DNA of 64,000 nt from Amoebidium appalachense (lineage: Eukaryota > Protista > Ichthyosporea), in contig CAVNZM010000006.1 of the NCBI GenBank assembly GCA_963693365.1, positions 11,039,355 to 11,103,354 of the forward strand. The letters are read 5' to 3'. The position numbers and the translations under genes are program-made. Each line of letters starts with the position of its first letter. Positions within the stretch are counted from its first letter, which is position 1. This document shows, in pieces, positions 45,091 to 64,000 of the stretch. The notes below the pieces were generated by a model that saw only the letters and a program-made list of their open reading frames with translations, made no database searches and was not told the origin of the DNA.

Positions 45091-45533
45091 CTGCGTTTTC
45101 AAAACGTCTGGACAAAACCCTTCATTGCACATTTCATTCATTGATAGCGGCATATTACAAACAGCTGTTGGCTCCGAGCCATCCGCAGGCCCACTCTTGT
45201 TACGTCATTACATGCCTAGCTTCATGCATAGATAAATATCGGTCATATATCATCACCCTTCTATTTAAATATCACTAATTGATTCGTGCATAGGAACCTA
45301 ATATTAGTCTGCCAACCTGAAAAGGGCAACAAATGGTGCAGGACAAGAGACAGATGTGAATAGGCATTCAGTGTGCCAGAGAGTGAATGAGTGAGTGAGT
45401 GAGTGCGTGTGTGTGTGTGTGGGCGCGTGCGGGTTTGGGCTCACACGTGCACCTTTACAAAGTGTACAGGACTAAGTTTTGTGTATGGGTGTCCGTGTGT
45501 CCGTATGTGTGGTGTGGGCGAGTGCGCACTCAC

Positions 45534-45591
<58 letters not shown>

Positions 45592-45684
45592 ACGTATGAA
45601 TGCTGTTACCATCAACCAAAGATAACCTACACAACACATTATCTCGTGGAAACATTCGGAAAAAATGCCTGACCTCCAGGTCAA

Positions 45685-46001
45685 TCACACCCTCACAATG
45701 TCTTCAGTCATCCCATCCAAACCCAGCTTACAGCCATCGCCAACACTCTCCTCGTTCGGTAATTTATCTTTTTTCTGATTGGCTAAAGCCTCTGCCTGCA
45801 ACTGCTCAGCCACCCATTTGGCAATTAGACTCCTCAGCGCCAAATTTGGGAATAAATGGCCGATCGTGATTGGTGTTTTGGCCTGGGGGTCAGTGTGCTT
45901 CATGTGCACCCACAGAGCCACCGCCTCATATTCGTACGTGGTCCCGGCTGGGGTGATGGCGGGTGTGCGCATGAGCTCGTGCGTGATGGGGCAGATGAAC
46001 T

Positions 46002-46039
<38 letters not shown>

Positions 46040-46069
46040 TGTGTGTGTGTGTGAATGACTGACTGACTG

Positions 46070-46125
<56 letters not shown>

Positions 46126-47654
46126 TGTGTGTGTATGTGTGTGCATGTGTGTGCGTGTGTGTGGTTGTGAGCAGCCCCATGCAGGCGTGTGTACACGCTT
46201 GTGTGGGTTAGGGCCGTTAGGTTTGCAACTGCATATAGTTAGGCAGTCTACAATGCAATACGAAACATCCTCTTATGTGCGGGGACTTTCAAGGAACTCT
46301 ACTTGGCATGCTGCCCAAAGAAAATCATCCCCCCCCCCCCCCCCACCCCCCCCCCCCCGGGGACCCAATCCACCACAGCAGCAACAATAACGTAAAATTT
46401 TAGCCATCATCCAACTGCCATGCCAGTGCAAACAGCACGATGCCACACAGGGATTAGTTTTAGGTAGGCAGAGGCAGAGAGAGGGTGGTCATGTGTGAAT
46501 GCAGGGCACATGGGTACAAAGGGCAGAGGTACTCCTGATAAGGTCACAGTCAGAACACAAGATGATGCAAACACGGTACACGATAAAGAATATGGCGGCG
46601 GGGAGAGGGGGGGAGGGGGGGCCTTAGAGTGCATCTCTAAAGGCACAACAGTGCAGGCCTGACAGCAACGAGGAAGACAAGATCGAGGAATACCTGGGGC
46701 AGGTCCATCCTCTGCTGCAGGGCCTCAGGTATGTCGAGGGCTGGGGGGAAGTGCACAGGGGGGGGTGGGGGCGGCACTCTCTGCCCCTCTGTGGGTGGCT
46801 GGGGGGGCGCATGGCCCTCGTAGGGCCACAGAGAGTCCAGCTCGATGGGCCCAAACCCATAGCCCTGCGCACGTGCATGGCTGCCTGGGGGTGCTGGGGG
46901 GGTGCGGTTGCCAAGCAGAAACACAACCAGAGACACGTAGAACACCGCATCACTAACAAGGGAGGGGGCCGCCTGCCACAGGAGTAGGTGGAGCACGTTG
47001 ATCCAGAATCCAGTCCCCTCGCGATGCAGCGAGGTGCGTAGCCATGCGCGGGTGTCTTTAAGAGTGAGGGTGTCGAACAGGGCCATGCCGGCACTGAGAT
47101 TAAAGAGCACCACGAGGAAGCAGTGCATGCGCAGAAACCGCCAGGAATGGTATGCAAGCACAAGGCGGGGGGCCAATAGGAATAGCCCCACGTACGCCAC
47201 ACGACCGAGGTAGCTGTCTAAGAAACCGAATTCCTCCCCGGCCCCAAAAATATCAACGGTGCCCTGTGTGTGTGTTTGTGTGTGTGTGTGTATGTGTGTG
47301 TGTGCACTTGCATATAGCTCATACACATACGTTCAAAGGAGCAGTCACCGTTAAGTTTCATGAAGTACGGTACCTTCATAAAACCAACATTAGAGATGGC
47401 TTAAATACAGCATTCAAGCAAAAAACACTCAAGTGCATGAACGGCCTTGCATACAGCATGCTACCTTCATCTTCCATATCACAAACGGCAGCCCTTCCCA
47501 AGCAGAACCCTCTGATATCTCGCAGTTACATCAACTTACTCTCTGCCCATGATCGTTGTAAAACTCAACCTCTCCCCCCTCCCCCCCCTCTCCCCCCCCC
47601 CCCCCCCCCCCCCCCGCCCCCCCTCCCCGCCCCCCCTCCCCCTCCCCCCCCTCC

Positions 47655-47685
<31 letters not shown>

Positions 47686-47814
47686 AAAAAAAAAAAAAAA
47701 AAACCCCTCCACCCCCGGGGCCCCGCTTGCCAATAAACACGGCGATCTCAGAGACTTTGACAGAGGCAGCCACACACACACACCACACATTTGTAGAACA
47801 AGAACACACATGCA

Positions 47815-47864
<50 letters not shown>

Positions 47865-49121
47865 CCCACACACGAGCGCAAGAAAGAAGGCAAGCCACGT
47901 ACCTCGGACAACCACAGCCACACGACAGTCAGGCGGGGGCAGTTTATGAGCCCCGACAGGAACAGGTTTGCTCGAACTTTCTTCAGTCGCCGGTAGTCCC
48001 AAAAGTTCACCAAGTCACCGTCTGCCCTGGGGGGTGTGTCCGTGGGCAGGGACGGCACACCGGGGGGTGGTTGGGTCTCTGGCGGATATGGTTGCTCGGT
48101 CTAGAATAGCCCGGGGTGGGAGGGGAGGGGGTGTGGGGGGTGTGAGGGGGGAGAGTAGGTGTGTGAATTATTAGGGAAGGGGGGAAGAAGGGGGGGGGGG
48201 GGGGGGGGGAAGGGGGGGGAATCAATGGTGGAAACACCCACGGTCAGTCTCAAAAATAAACTGAATGGAAATGAAAGGGCGGGGAACTCAACTTATGTAC
48301 AGCCTGACAGAGCTGCATGACAATGTGCAAGGCAGGAGGTGGGCGCATGTGAACAATGACTGGATGTGTTAAGCCGACCTGGGCATATCTTTCAATGGAG
48401 CAGAAGGCCATGGTACAGGTGGGTGGGACAGATGAAAGTGAAGGCTTTGCTGGAAAATATGGGGGGAAAGGGTGGGGGTATAGAGGGGGGTAATATTTGA
48501 TGTGTTGTGCAAGGGATTGATGGATTGGGTGGGATGCTGTGTGTGTGCGGTTGTGCGTGCGTGGGTGTCACCCTTGTTCGTGTGTGTGCGGCTGATATAT
48601 TCCTGTGCATTTTCATGGCATGTAGCCTCTTTTGGTGATCACACCTAGTTGTGCAATCTGGTAGCTTTTTAGGTTGACCAGCTACACAACATACATCCTT
48701 GTACATAAGGAAAAACCACACTCACCTGTGTCCTTTGCGGCTCCAACCCCCTCTCATGCCCAGCCAATCTCCTGACACTGGTCTCTATTATCCTGCGGTG
48801 CAGTGGCAAGTCCACACCAAAGGCCTCCAGGTCTTTGCCATCGAGTTCCAATAGTGCCCTCCCATCCACATAGTTCTCTTTGAGCCGTGCACTGTACACA
48901 CCAAAGTGGGGTGACCCAGACAAGGACGCAACCCATTCAGCTACCTCATGCAGGGTCCACTCGTGCACTGCTTTGGTTGCTTGTGTCGGCGGGGGGGCTG
49001 CGCAGTGGCTGTGTGCTTTTTCTGCTGGTGCACTTGTGCACGCAGTGCTTGAGTGTGTGTCGATGCTCATAGTTGCCCCCATGACGGTGGCCAAAATGGC
49101 AAGTAAGAAATGGAGACGCAT
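45685..49121 (-). CDS. BFAR-like membrane E3 ligase: signal peptide, SAM domain, BFAR-like TM region and C-terminal U-box; 493 aa, 4 exons
   Basis: Exons 49121-48726, 48100-47903, 47263-46694 and 46002-45685, all phase 0, total 1482 nt. SAM: VHEWTLHEVAEWVASL...VDGRALLELDGKDLEAFGV...HRRII. BFAR-like: NFWDYR...CPRLTVVWLWL and WQAAPSLVSDAVFYVSL. U-box: LPQ|EFICPITHELMRTPAITPAGTTYE...DP...LFPNLALRSLIAKW. Confidence 0.88.
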
Positions 49122-50861
49122 CTTATAAATTGTTGCGACAGCCTCAAGAATGCTCCGTGCCAAAAGTGCTGAGTGAGAAGAAAACCAAACACGAGTTAAG
49201 ACGAATGTGTTTTAGAAGCCCACTTAGCGCAAAAATAGAAGACGGCGAGGTTGCAGCTGTGAGGACAGGGCCTAGCGTACTCGAACACGGCATGTTCTGT
49301 GTGTGTACGGGCTAGATATACCCTACACCTGCATATGTACATACAAACTACGCTGTTGATCATGCGTTGTTGTCCTTTGAAAAGGTTTGTTTACGCACTT
49401 GTTCGGACTCTGTGGGAGCTGCCCCCTCAGAAACGCGTGATGAAGCTTTGAAGGGCATGCACACAGTCCACTGACCGGTGTGTTTCCTCCGTTGTTCCCC
49501 AGGCACAACATCAATTGAAGTCATACTGGTGGCCTTGACAGCCAATCAGCAGCCGGCCAAGAGGAGGGTGAACGTAAATAACATGTCATACAAACCCATC
49601 CACGTTCAAAAAAGCAACAAGTATACTGCATGTATGCACAAACATCATAAAAATTACAAAGCAGACGCCCCAACTTTTTACTAGCTTATTTTCAAAAAAA
49701 TTGAAATTGTTGAAGTTGTTTCAACTTTGAAGTACTGTATACAAGTGAAGAAGACACTGACTTAGTTTTCGTGCCTCAGGAATGCTTCACAATTTTGTTT
49801 GCATCTTTACCCAATTGAAAGTCGATGACGAAGGTAAGAACCAATCATAAATTAGCATGATAAATGCGCCATTTGCTGATTGGCTTTTCCAGCACCATGA
49901 AAAACTGTAAAGGCGCACTGGCTGAAGCGCTTTCCACCAATCGCATACCGCAAATAGAATAAATCTATTCGCTTTCGTCAATAGATCTCAAACACTTTCG
50001 AATGGCAAAGCACGGCCCTCAGAGGGCCGTGGGCAAAGTCACCAGACTCACCACCACCGTTGACAATTAAATTTGAAGTTTTGGAGCTCTCGATCGAGCT
50101 CAGTTTTTTTTATGGCATGCAGCACGTCCACAGATAATGGGCAGCGAGAGCTTGAGTGCGCATTTGCGAAAAAGTCATCACTTGGCCGGATGATTTGCTC
50201 AACATAATAATTAGAAGGTATTGTCGACATAATATAATTATTCTTGTAGCTGCCATCGAGCTACTGCGGCCGCCACATCAGAAACTTTGCACATGCTGGA
50301 TTGCGCCAATGAGGGTCTGGTACTGCAAGCACTTGCACGCAACCCGTCCCCCCCTCCCCCCCCCCCCCCCCACCCACACACAAAAAAAAAAAAAAAGAAA
50401 AAAAAAAAAGACGAGCGCGCCGTGACATGCGCAGTGTCACGTACACACACCCACACAACCACCCAGGAGAAAGCTCTCGTGGACAACGAGCATACATGTT
50501 ACCGTCCCCAGCACGCTGCCATTGCCATCGTGCACACAGAAGGGTCCCGGACAAGAATGAGGGAGAAAGCTCTTTGATACTGTTGTGCGTATGTATGTGT
50601 GTGTGTGTGTGTGCGCGCGCGCGGCGCTGTTACTGTGTAGCACAGATAAATGGGGGTTGCATGGACTACCAGGTGCCACACTCTCAACCGTTACAGCTAG
50701 CATGACCTCTCAAACCCCGACTAGCTACTGATCTACCAGGCCATCAGATTCAATTTAAGTGTGTTAAATATACTTTAAGGGGCCGATGCCCTCATACTCC
50801 CGCCCACCAACCCCAGAAAAACAACCAGTCAGATTATTCGCATAAATTTAACCATGCCATG

Positions 50862-51890
50862 CTATTGGCTGGCTGCAGGGGGCTGCTCTTCCTCCTTACG
50901 AGGCACGGCTACACGATTGAAGTTTTTGTTGCGCTCCTGCATCTTCATGTCATACTGCGCGGAGGAAGGGGGATTATTGGCACACGTTCAATCAACAGCA
51001 CAAACACACAGCTTAAATGAACACCAGGAACGAGAGGTGTAAAACATGGGAGGGAGGGAGGGGGGGAGGGGGGGGGGGGGGGGGGTAGTGCAGGGACCGG
51101 GCATGAGCAGAAGCTGTCTCTTGGTATGTGTGCACTCCCCCAAGCCAAGTAGAGTAATGTGCGCCCAGTTCCACTCACACCCACACCCATGCCCACTCAT
51201 GCGAGGGAGAGAAACGAAAGAGACAATCGGAAATCTGTGACTGCGAATGTGAGTTTGAGCCCGGATGTGAGTGAGTGGGCAAGCATGTGTGCGTGTGCGT
51301 GCCCATGTGTATCTTTGCTCACGGCAGAACGGGTGGGGAAGAATGGAGGTGCACACCTCCCAACTGCATGCCACCACCATGCCCCCTTTATCTCCCCCCC
51401 CCCCCCCCCCCCCCCCTCCTCCCCTCCCCCCCCCCCCCCCCCACAAAAAAAAATTAAAAAATAAATAAAATAAATAAAATAAAAAACCACTCCCCACCCT
51501 TCCCTTCTTCCCCGGTTTTTACAACATGCATATCATACATAAAATACAAAATATGCACGTGTGCATCAATCCTCGCACACACGCGGGGGCTTGCCCACAC
51601 GCAACACACAGACGCTGCAACACATAACACACACACAATCGGGGATGGACACACACACACACAGATAATCAGTAGCTGCACACACAGGAAGAGATCAACA
51701 GTCACTATGCATGTGAGCACAACGCAGACACAGGGAAGGGGCCACGCACGACTCTCTGCTTGCACTCCTTGTATGCGTCAAACACGGCCTGACACTTGCC
51801 CTTGTCGTAGTTGTTCTCGTCCAGGCAGCGGTAGCTCGCATCTGCCGCCTCCTTGCAGGGGTTGGCGTACTGCGACTGCTGCCGACTCAT
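50862..51890 (-). CDS. COX23: Twin CX9C mitochondrial intermembrane-space protein Cox23/CHCHD7, 77 aa, 2 coding exons
   Basis: Exons 51890-51750 and 50954-50862 give MSRQQSQYANPCKEAADASYRCLDENNYDKGKCQAVFDAYKECKQRV|YDMKMQERNKNFNRVAVPRKEEEQPPAASQ*. CX9C-x10-CX9C with the CLxxNNYD motif typical of Cox23/CHCHD7. An acceptor just before the ATG and a donor at 54140 suggest 5'UTR introns. Confidence 0.88.
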
Positions 51891-52763
51891 GGCCCCTGCA
51901 CGTGCATCCCCACTGTCAGCACGTGCACACGTACACGAACACAAACGCAAAAACAAAGACCAGGCAAAAGCATCGTGCACGCACTATGCCACTGCAGTGT
52001 TGAAGCATATGTGCACGGCAAGCTGTATCCACATGTTTCTGCAGTTGTTCCCCTCTCCCCCCCCCCCCCCCCCTCTCCCCCGGTGTCATTCGTTCCTTTC
52101 CTCTATCTGCCTACGGGAAGAAGGGTGTAGGGAACCAGGGAAGGTGGCGCTACCTTGGGGAGTGCCTGAGGGAGGGGGGAAGGGGAAGGGGGGGGGGGGG
52201 GGGGGGGGGGAGGGGGGGGGGGGGGAGGAAGGGATTAAATACGAGAGTACAAGGCATAAAGCTATGAGAATCTAAGGCCTGTGTGGTAGAGAGAGGGGGG
52301 CTGGTAGGAAGCTTGTGCGTGTCCGTGCGTGTTTTTTGGGGGGAAGACGGAGGTGTGGATGTAGGCACAGAAGGAGCCAGAAGTAAGTGCATGCAGAATA
52401 TTTAGTCTAGCATCAGGGGAGCATGTCTGTGTGTCTGTGTGTGTGTCTGTATGTGTGTGTGTGGGGGGGGGAGAGGGGGGGAAGGAGGGGAATAGTATGC
52501 ATGGTATGGTTGAACGAACAGGGTAGCTGCATAGGCCCACCACCCAGTGGCCTTTATTTGCCTATCAGGAATACAGGCCGGGCTGGGGAAAAGGGAGGGG
52601 GGAAAGATGAATGGGGGAGAGAGATAGAAGAGAGAGCTATACACGGAAAAGGTGCCTGGGAAGGAGCTAGGAGAAGGGGACGAAAGGTAGGGAGGAGGAG
52701 GGATGATTTAGGCAATCAAGTGACTGCTAAAAGGTGGCCACTTTATCAAAGTGGAGCAAGATT

Positions 52764-52816
<53 letters not shown>

Positions 52817-53079
52817 GGGGGGGAGGGAGGGAGGGGGAGGGGGGGGGGGGTAGGGGATAGGGAAAGGAGGGGAATGGAGAAGGAGGAATGGGAGTGAATG
52901 AGAGGAGAGGTAACAAAAAAAGGCAAAGGTGGCGAGGGTACTGAAGGGAGACATAAATACCGGAGTAAGAGCCAACAGCCAAGGAGGACGGGGAAGGGGG
53001 GGAGCCGGGGGGGGGGGGGGGGGGAGGGGGGGGAGGTGAGGCCAGGGACTAGGAGGGGGGTGGAAGTGAGCTGACGAAT

Positions 53080-53977
<898 letters not shown>

Positions 53978-54631
53978 TATGGGGTGTGTGTGTGTGCGTG
54001 TGTGAGCCGGGAATGTAGACGGCGGGTAAAAATTATATCCGAAGACAGAGAGGGAAGGGCAAAGGTTGGGAGCCAGAGGTCCGAGAGGGCATATTGAGGT
54101 AGCCTAAAGGCCAATCACGTAAACGGCATTGTGCCCTTACCTGCTGTTAAAATAAGGCTTAATCCGCGCGCAAAAGGGCAAGAGAAACCCTGTGTGACTT
54201 GTGCTGCACGGAACCTCAAATCTAACAAACCTAACAGAGAAGCAAGAGTATAAAGAAATGGTAGCGGGCAGAAGGGGGGTTTGGGTGCGTTACATTTACC
54301 TGTTTGGAAAACAAGATGAGTTTCTGCGGGTGTGAAGTGAGCTGCTGTGGCGGTGTGGCTGCCACCGACTTACACCTGTACGTACAGAAGCAGGCTCTCG
54401 GCCTCAACCTCACAAGCTCTATGTAGCACCGGACAGGTTCTAGCACCGGACAAAGTTTAAACCATTCAGTGCTGGTGGTTCGGCAACGAAACACTCGTCT
54501 ATGTAGGGTGCTCTCTGCAGAAGCAGCACTTAGGAACACTGAGATCATGGCATCATTTTTGTGAGGAATGCAAAAAAGCCTTATTTGGATAACGTGATTG
54601 GATCGTAAGGCCCAATCACCAGCAACGTGGC

Positions 54632-54684
54632 CAAACCTCGGAGTCAAACGGCTGAACCTCGGGAGTCAAACCTCGAGAGTCAAA
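54632..54684. repeat. Three short tandem AACCTCG(R)GAGTCAAA units
   Basis: Units at 54632-54648, 54654-54670 and 54669-54684, next to CCAATCA at 54612. Confidence 0.7.
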
Positions 54685-55002
54685 GCTTTTAAAATTTATG
54701 AGACCACTCCTTGACGGTGGTGCTGGACAAGACATTTATTCACGGCAATTTATGAATTTTCTGAATACACCCCGAATATATACATCATGAATACACCGCC
54801 TGAGTTCATTATATATGAAGTAGACAGTCCGTAGGAATAGCACCCCATGCAGGTTGAGGTGTGTGGCAGTGTACATGTGTGTGTGCAAGTCTTGTTGTTT
54901 ACTTGTCTGGCTCTATCCAACAACTTTAAATATCAACACCCCGGCCTTGTAACCAGCCTCACCGAGAATAACTCGAATCCCCCCCCCTCCCTTTTGCCCC
55001 CG

Positions 55003-60417
<5,415 letters not shown>

Positions 60418-60833
60418 AGCACCATAGCACTCTGCAGACACAGAAAGCCTTCACTTCCGCTTCGTCTAGTTTGAAAGTGTTGAGAGCAGAGGTGTTTCTA
60501 GATGGCCGTGAGCAGAGCTGAAAAGACGGAGACCTTGGTCTGACTCTGAGCTTGAAACAATAGCTTTATTTGGTTGATAACTTGGCGATGTGACTGGCAA
60601 ATAGAAAAAGTTGTGTGAGCCGAATAGATCTGACCAATGAGATCCCGTCGTTTTGGCGCGCTTTGTGATACATCATCCCCCGCTCACGGGCCCCCGCCAG
60701 TCAGGTCGGCTTCGACCTGAAGCAACAGAGCCAGTCCTTAGAGTCCACTGCAGCCCTTCCCCCCTTCCCCTTCTCTCCACCCCCTCCCCTCCCCCCCCCC
60801 ACTTTCTCCTTGCTCGCTCCAGGCACCTCAAGC
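60418..60833. promoter_or_regulatory. Bidirectional promoter between NAXE and RAD51B with an E2F-like site
   Basis: The divergent ATGs are separated by 416 bp. TTTTGGCGCG at 60651-60660, CCAAT at 60634, TTTGAA at 60470. Confidence 0.55.
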
Positions 60834-61611
60834 ATGGCCTCGAAGTCTTTAGCCCGTATTGGTGCAGACGCCAGTGCTGTGGCGGCGCTGTCTTGTCACA
60901 ACATAGCCACCTGCAAGGTGCCTCTTCCTCTCTCGTACTCTCTGTCTTCCGCCCATCCTCCTTCCGCCCCCTCTCCGCCATTCCTCCTCCCCTCCCCCCC
61001 TCCTCCTCCTCAACTATGATTGTCATCTCCCTCGCTTCTTCTCCACCCTCCCACCATTTCGGCGCCTCCCACCTTGTCTCTGCGTGCAAGCTTCCCTTTA
61101 CCCCCTCCTCCCCCCCCCTCGTGTGCGTCAAGCCTTCCACCGTCAGGTCTTCCCTGTGTATGCATCTTGCGTTTAAACCCCTTACTGCACCTTGGTCTGT
61201 CTCTGGTGCCCTGCCCTCTTTTTTTGTCACTGTGGCACTTGGAACTAACTTTTCTTCCCCCCCCCCACCCTCCCCCCCCCCCCCCCTCCCCCCCCCCCCT
61301 GTTGGGTTCATGCGACCAAGCCATCTCCCCGTTCTTCAAATTCTCCTCAGCCTTCAAAGTAACCTCAACAGATGCGCCTCAGCACACAAAAAACGCATTT
61401 AGGCGGAAACTCACACAGGGGGAGAACGGGGTTAGGTAACAAACATATAGACCATGCGTACAAGGAACTCAAAACGATGTGTGCTGAAACCTTTCCTATC
61501 AACACTTGCCTCTCTTACGCCCCAACAACCATACACATATATACACGCACTCGCACACAGTCACAAAAGCACGCAACACACGCGCATGCACACACACGAA
61601 CGTGCACACGG

Positions 61612-61671
<60 letters not shown>

Positions 61672-61830
61672 GACACGCACACCACACACCTGCGCAGACA
61701 CACGGAGACCCACACACACTGTGTGCACACAATGTGTACTCACACACATCACACAAACACACACATACAAACACACACATACACACACACAAGCACACAA
61801 CCCCCCACACACCCACCCACCCCACACACA

Positions 61831-61863
<33 letters not shown>

Positions 61864-61911
61864 GCGCACAAAAACACACACACACACACACACACATGCA
61901 CACGCACACAT

Positions 61912-61972
<61 letters not shown>

Positions 61973-62863
61973 ATTCTTCCTCTCTATTCCCACATATCCC
62001 ACCCGACCACAGGACTTTCTGTCCCACACCCCTCTTGAACTGCGTGAACTCAGTGACGTGGGAGGGGGACCGCTTTGACCAGCTGCTAGCTATGGTCTGT
62101 GCTGCAACCGTGCCCCCCTGTGTCAAGGTCCATATACTCCTCTCTCTCTCTCTCTCCCCCCCCCCCCCCCCCCCCCCCCCCAAACCACCTACTCCACCCC
62201 CCAACCCACCCACCCACCCACCTATCCCCCTCCGCCTCACAACATCCCCCCCCCCCCCCCCGTCCCCCTCCTCGCCCCCTCCCGCCACCTTCACCATCAC
62301 CCCCCCCCCCCCCCCCCCCTCCCTCCGGCGCAACCGGTCACCTTTTTTGTTGCTTTGAGCAGCAAGCCATCAGCCATCCATTCCCCAATAGTGGCCCTTT
62401 TTTCTGTGCCCCAAATCACCACTGTCCTGCTTCCTTTGGTCCTGGTCAATTTAAATTAAATCCGCTGGTATCCATGCCACGTTAGATGGTATTTTCAACC
62501 ATTCACCTCTGTATTCACCCGTCTGACGCAAAAAAGACACCGGAGCTCCACACAAGCTCAGATCTTCGCATTTCACACCTCCTCCCTCTTTGCTCAGCAA
62601 TTTGAGCCAAGCACACATATCCAGTAACTCAACTTTTTCTATGGGTCCATTTGGCAATTCAAATCTCGGATTCAGTCTTTGTAACAACCCCTGTCCCCCC
62701 CCCCCTCCAACCCCCCACGCCTCTCCCCCCTCCCCCCCCCCCCCCTCCCCTCAGGCCAGCACCTTGTATGCAGCAGCGCAGCATAAAAGCAACCACGTGC
62801 CTTTGGGTATAGAGGGATTTGACAGCCTGCTAGGGGGTGGATTGCTGGCAGACACCGTCACAG

Positions 62864-62946
<83 letters not shown>

Positions 62947-64000
62947 GTGTGCGTGGGTGGGTGGGTGGGTGGGTAAGTGCTTGCGTGTTTGTGTGTGTGT
63001 GTATGTGTGTGTGTGTTTTTTTTGTTTGTTTTTTTTTGGGGGGGGGGGGTTAAGGATGGATTGTGTGTCATGTGCCTCTCTCTGTGTGGTGTGTCTGGAA
63101 GGGTATGTGGGTGTATGTGTGGGGGGAAGGGGGGGGAGGGGGGGGGTGTGTGCTGGGTAGAAAGCTGAAGGGGGAGAGGGGGGGTTGAAGGAGTAAGGGG
63201 AGGGGAAGGGGGAATGGGGGGGGGGGGGGGGGGGGGGGGGGGGGATAGATGTGCAGTTCTATGAGCGTATGAAAGTTATGTGTGTGCTTTGGGGGGGGGG
63301 AGGGGGGAGGGGGGGCTGGGATATGCATGTGTGCATGTGTGTGGACACATATGTATTTGTGTGTGGACATGTGTGTGTGTGTGCACAGCACGCTTCCCTC
63401 GTGCATAATATGCCAAGACTTCCATAATCAGGCATGATATGCAACTTTCGATTTCTCTCATTCCATACCCCCCCCTCCCGCCTCCAATATTCCATTATTA
63501 ACCCTCTACTTGCCCCATCCATCATACAGGTTGTGGGTCCCCCCGGGTGTGGTAAGACACAACTGTGCTTGCAGGCTGCTCTGCACTGTGCCCTTCCCCC
63601 TGACCTTGGGGGCAGGGGTGCTGATGTGCTGTATGTCGACACAGAGGGATCATTCACACCTGAGAGGTCCACGCTCCCTTTATCCTCTCCCCCCACCCCC
63701 CCCCCCCCCCTCTACCCCACCCCCCCCCACCCCCCCCTCCTCCCCCCTACCCCCGCCTGCCCGGCCCCATTTCCTTTTTCTTACTCTCCACTCCGTTCCC
63801 TAACATTCTCCCACCCGACCCCATCTCCACCCCCCCAATGGTCGGATACAACTCCCCCCCCCCCCCCCCCCCCCCCGCCCCCTCCTGTTTCTCCCCCCCC
63901 CCCCCCCCCCCCCCCCCCCCTTCCCTCTTACTCTCCTCACCACCACCACGGTCAGCAAAATTCTCCCTAACCCCTCTGGTCCACATGGCAACCCTTCAGG
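60834..64000 (+). CDS. RAD51B: RAD51 paralog B, 5' part (continues beyond the window); apparent +1 frameshift in exon 2
   Basis: Exons 60834-60917 ([28 protein letters not shown]), 62013-62127 ([10 protein letters not shown]...QLLAMV), 62755-about 62865/62868 ([16 protein letters not shown]) and 63530-63666 ([15 protein letters not shown]...LPPDLGG...[14 protein letters not shown]); the next acceptor CAG is at 63997-63999. The N-terminus and GPPGCGKTQ match remembered RAD51B rather than RAD51C. Confidence 0.85.

Noticed and set aside
50230-50580. Exon-like segments between the BFAR-like gene and COX23
   Set aside because: No consistent frame or homology on either strand; they do not encode a RING that could join the BFAR-like gene.
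63530-63666. Assignment as RAD51C because of DTEGSF
   Set aside because: The N-terminal exons and GPPGCGKTQ fit RAD51B better.

Overview
Eukaryotic genomic DNA, intron-rich and saturated with (CA)n/(GT)n and (GA)n/(CT)n microsatellites and long poly-G/poly-C runs. Almost all ORFs in the supplied track are repeat read-through artefacts. I rebuilt eight protein-coding genes by hand from GT-AG splice sites and frame continuity: a 6-exon LURP-one/Tubby-C-like protein with FDPL, DPW and NPF motifs (+669-11008); an intronless Con7-like C2H2 zinc-finger protein (+20166-20855); EI24 (-35686-27687, 9 exons); a single-PDZ protein (+40422-41204); a BFAR-like SAM/multi-TM protein that lacks the RING and ends in a U-box (-49121-45685); COX23/CHCHD7 (-51890-50862); NAXE (-60417-55003, 8 exons); and, head-to-head with NAXE, RAD51B (+60834 to beyond the window end), which has an apparent +1 G frameshift. 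Also present are a Penelope-like RT remnant, a probable decayed tyrosine recombinase, MITE/foldback-like elements and a palindrome array. The gene set fits a unicellular holozoan or other opisthokont, but that is inference. All homology calls come from remembered family motifs, not database searches.
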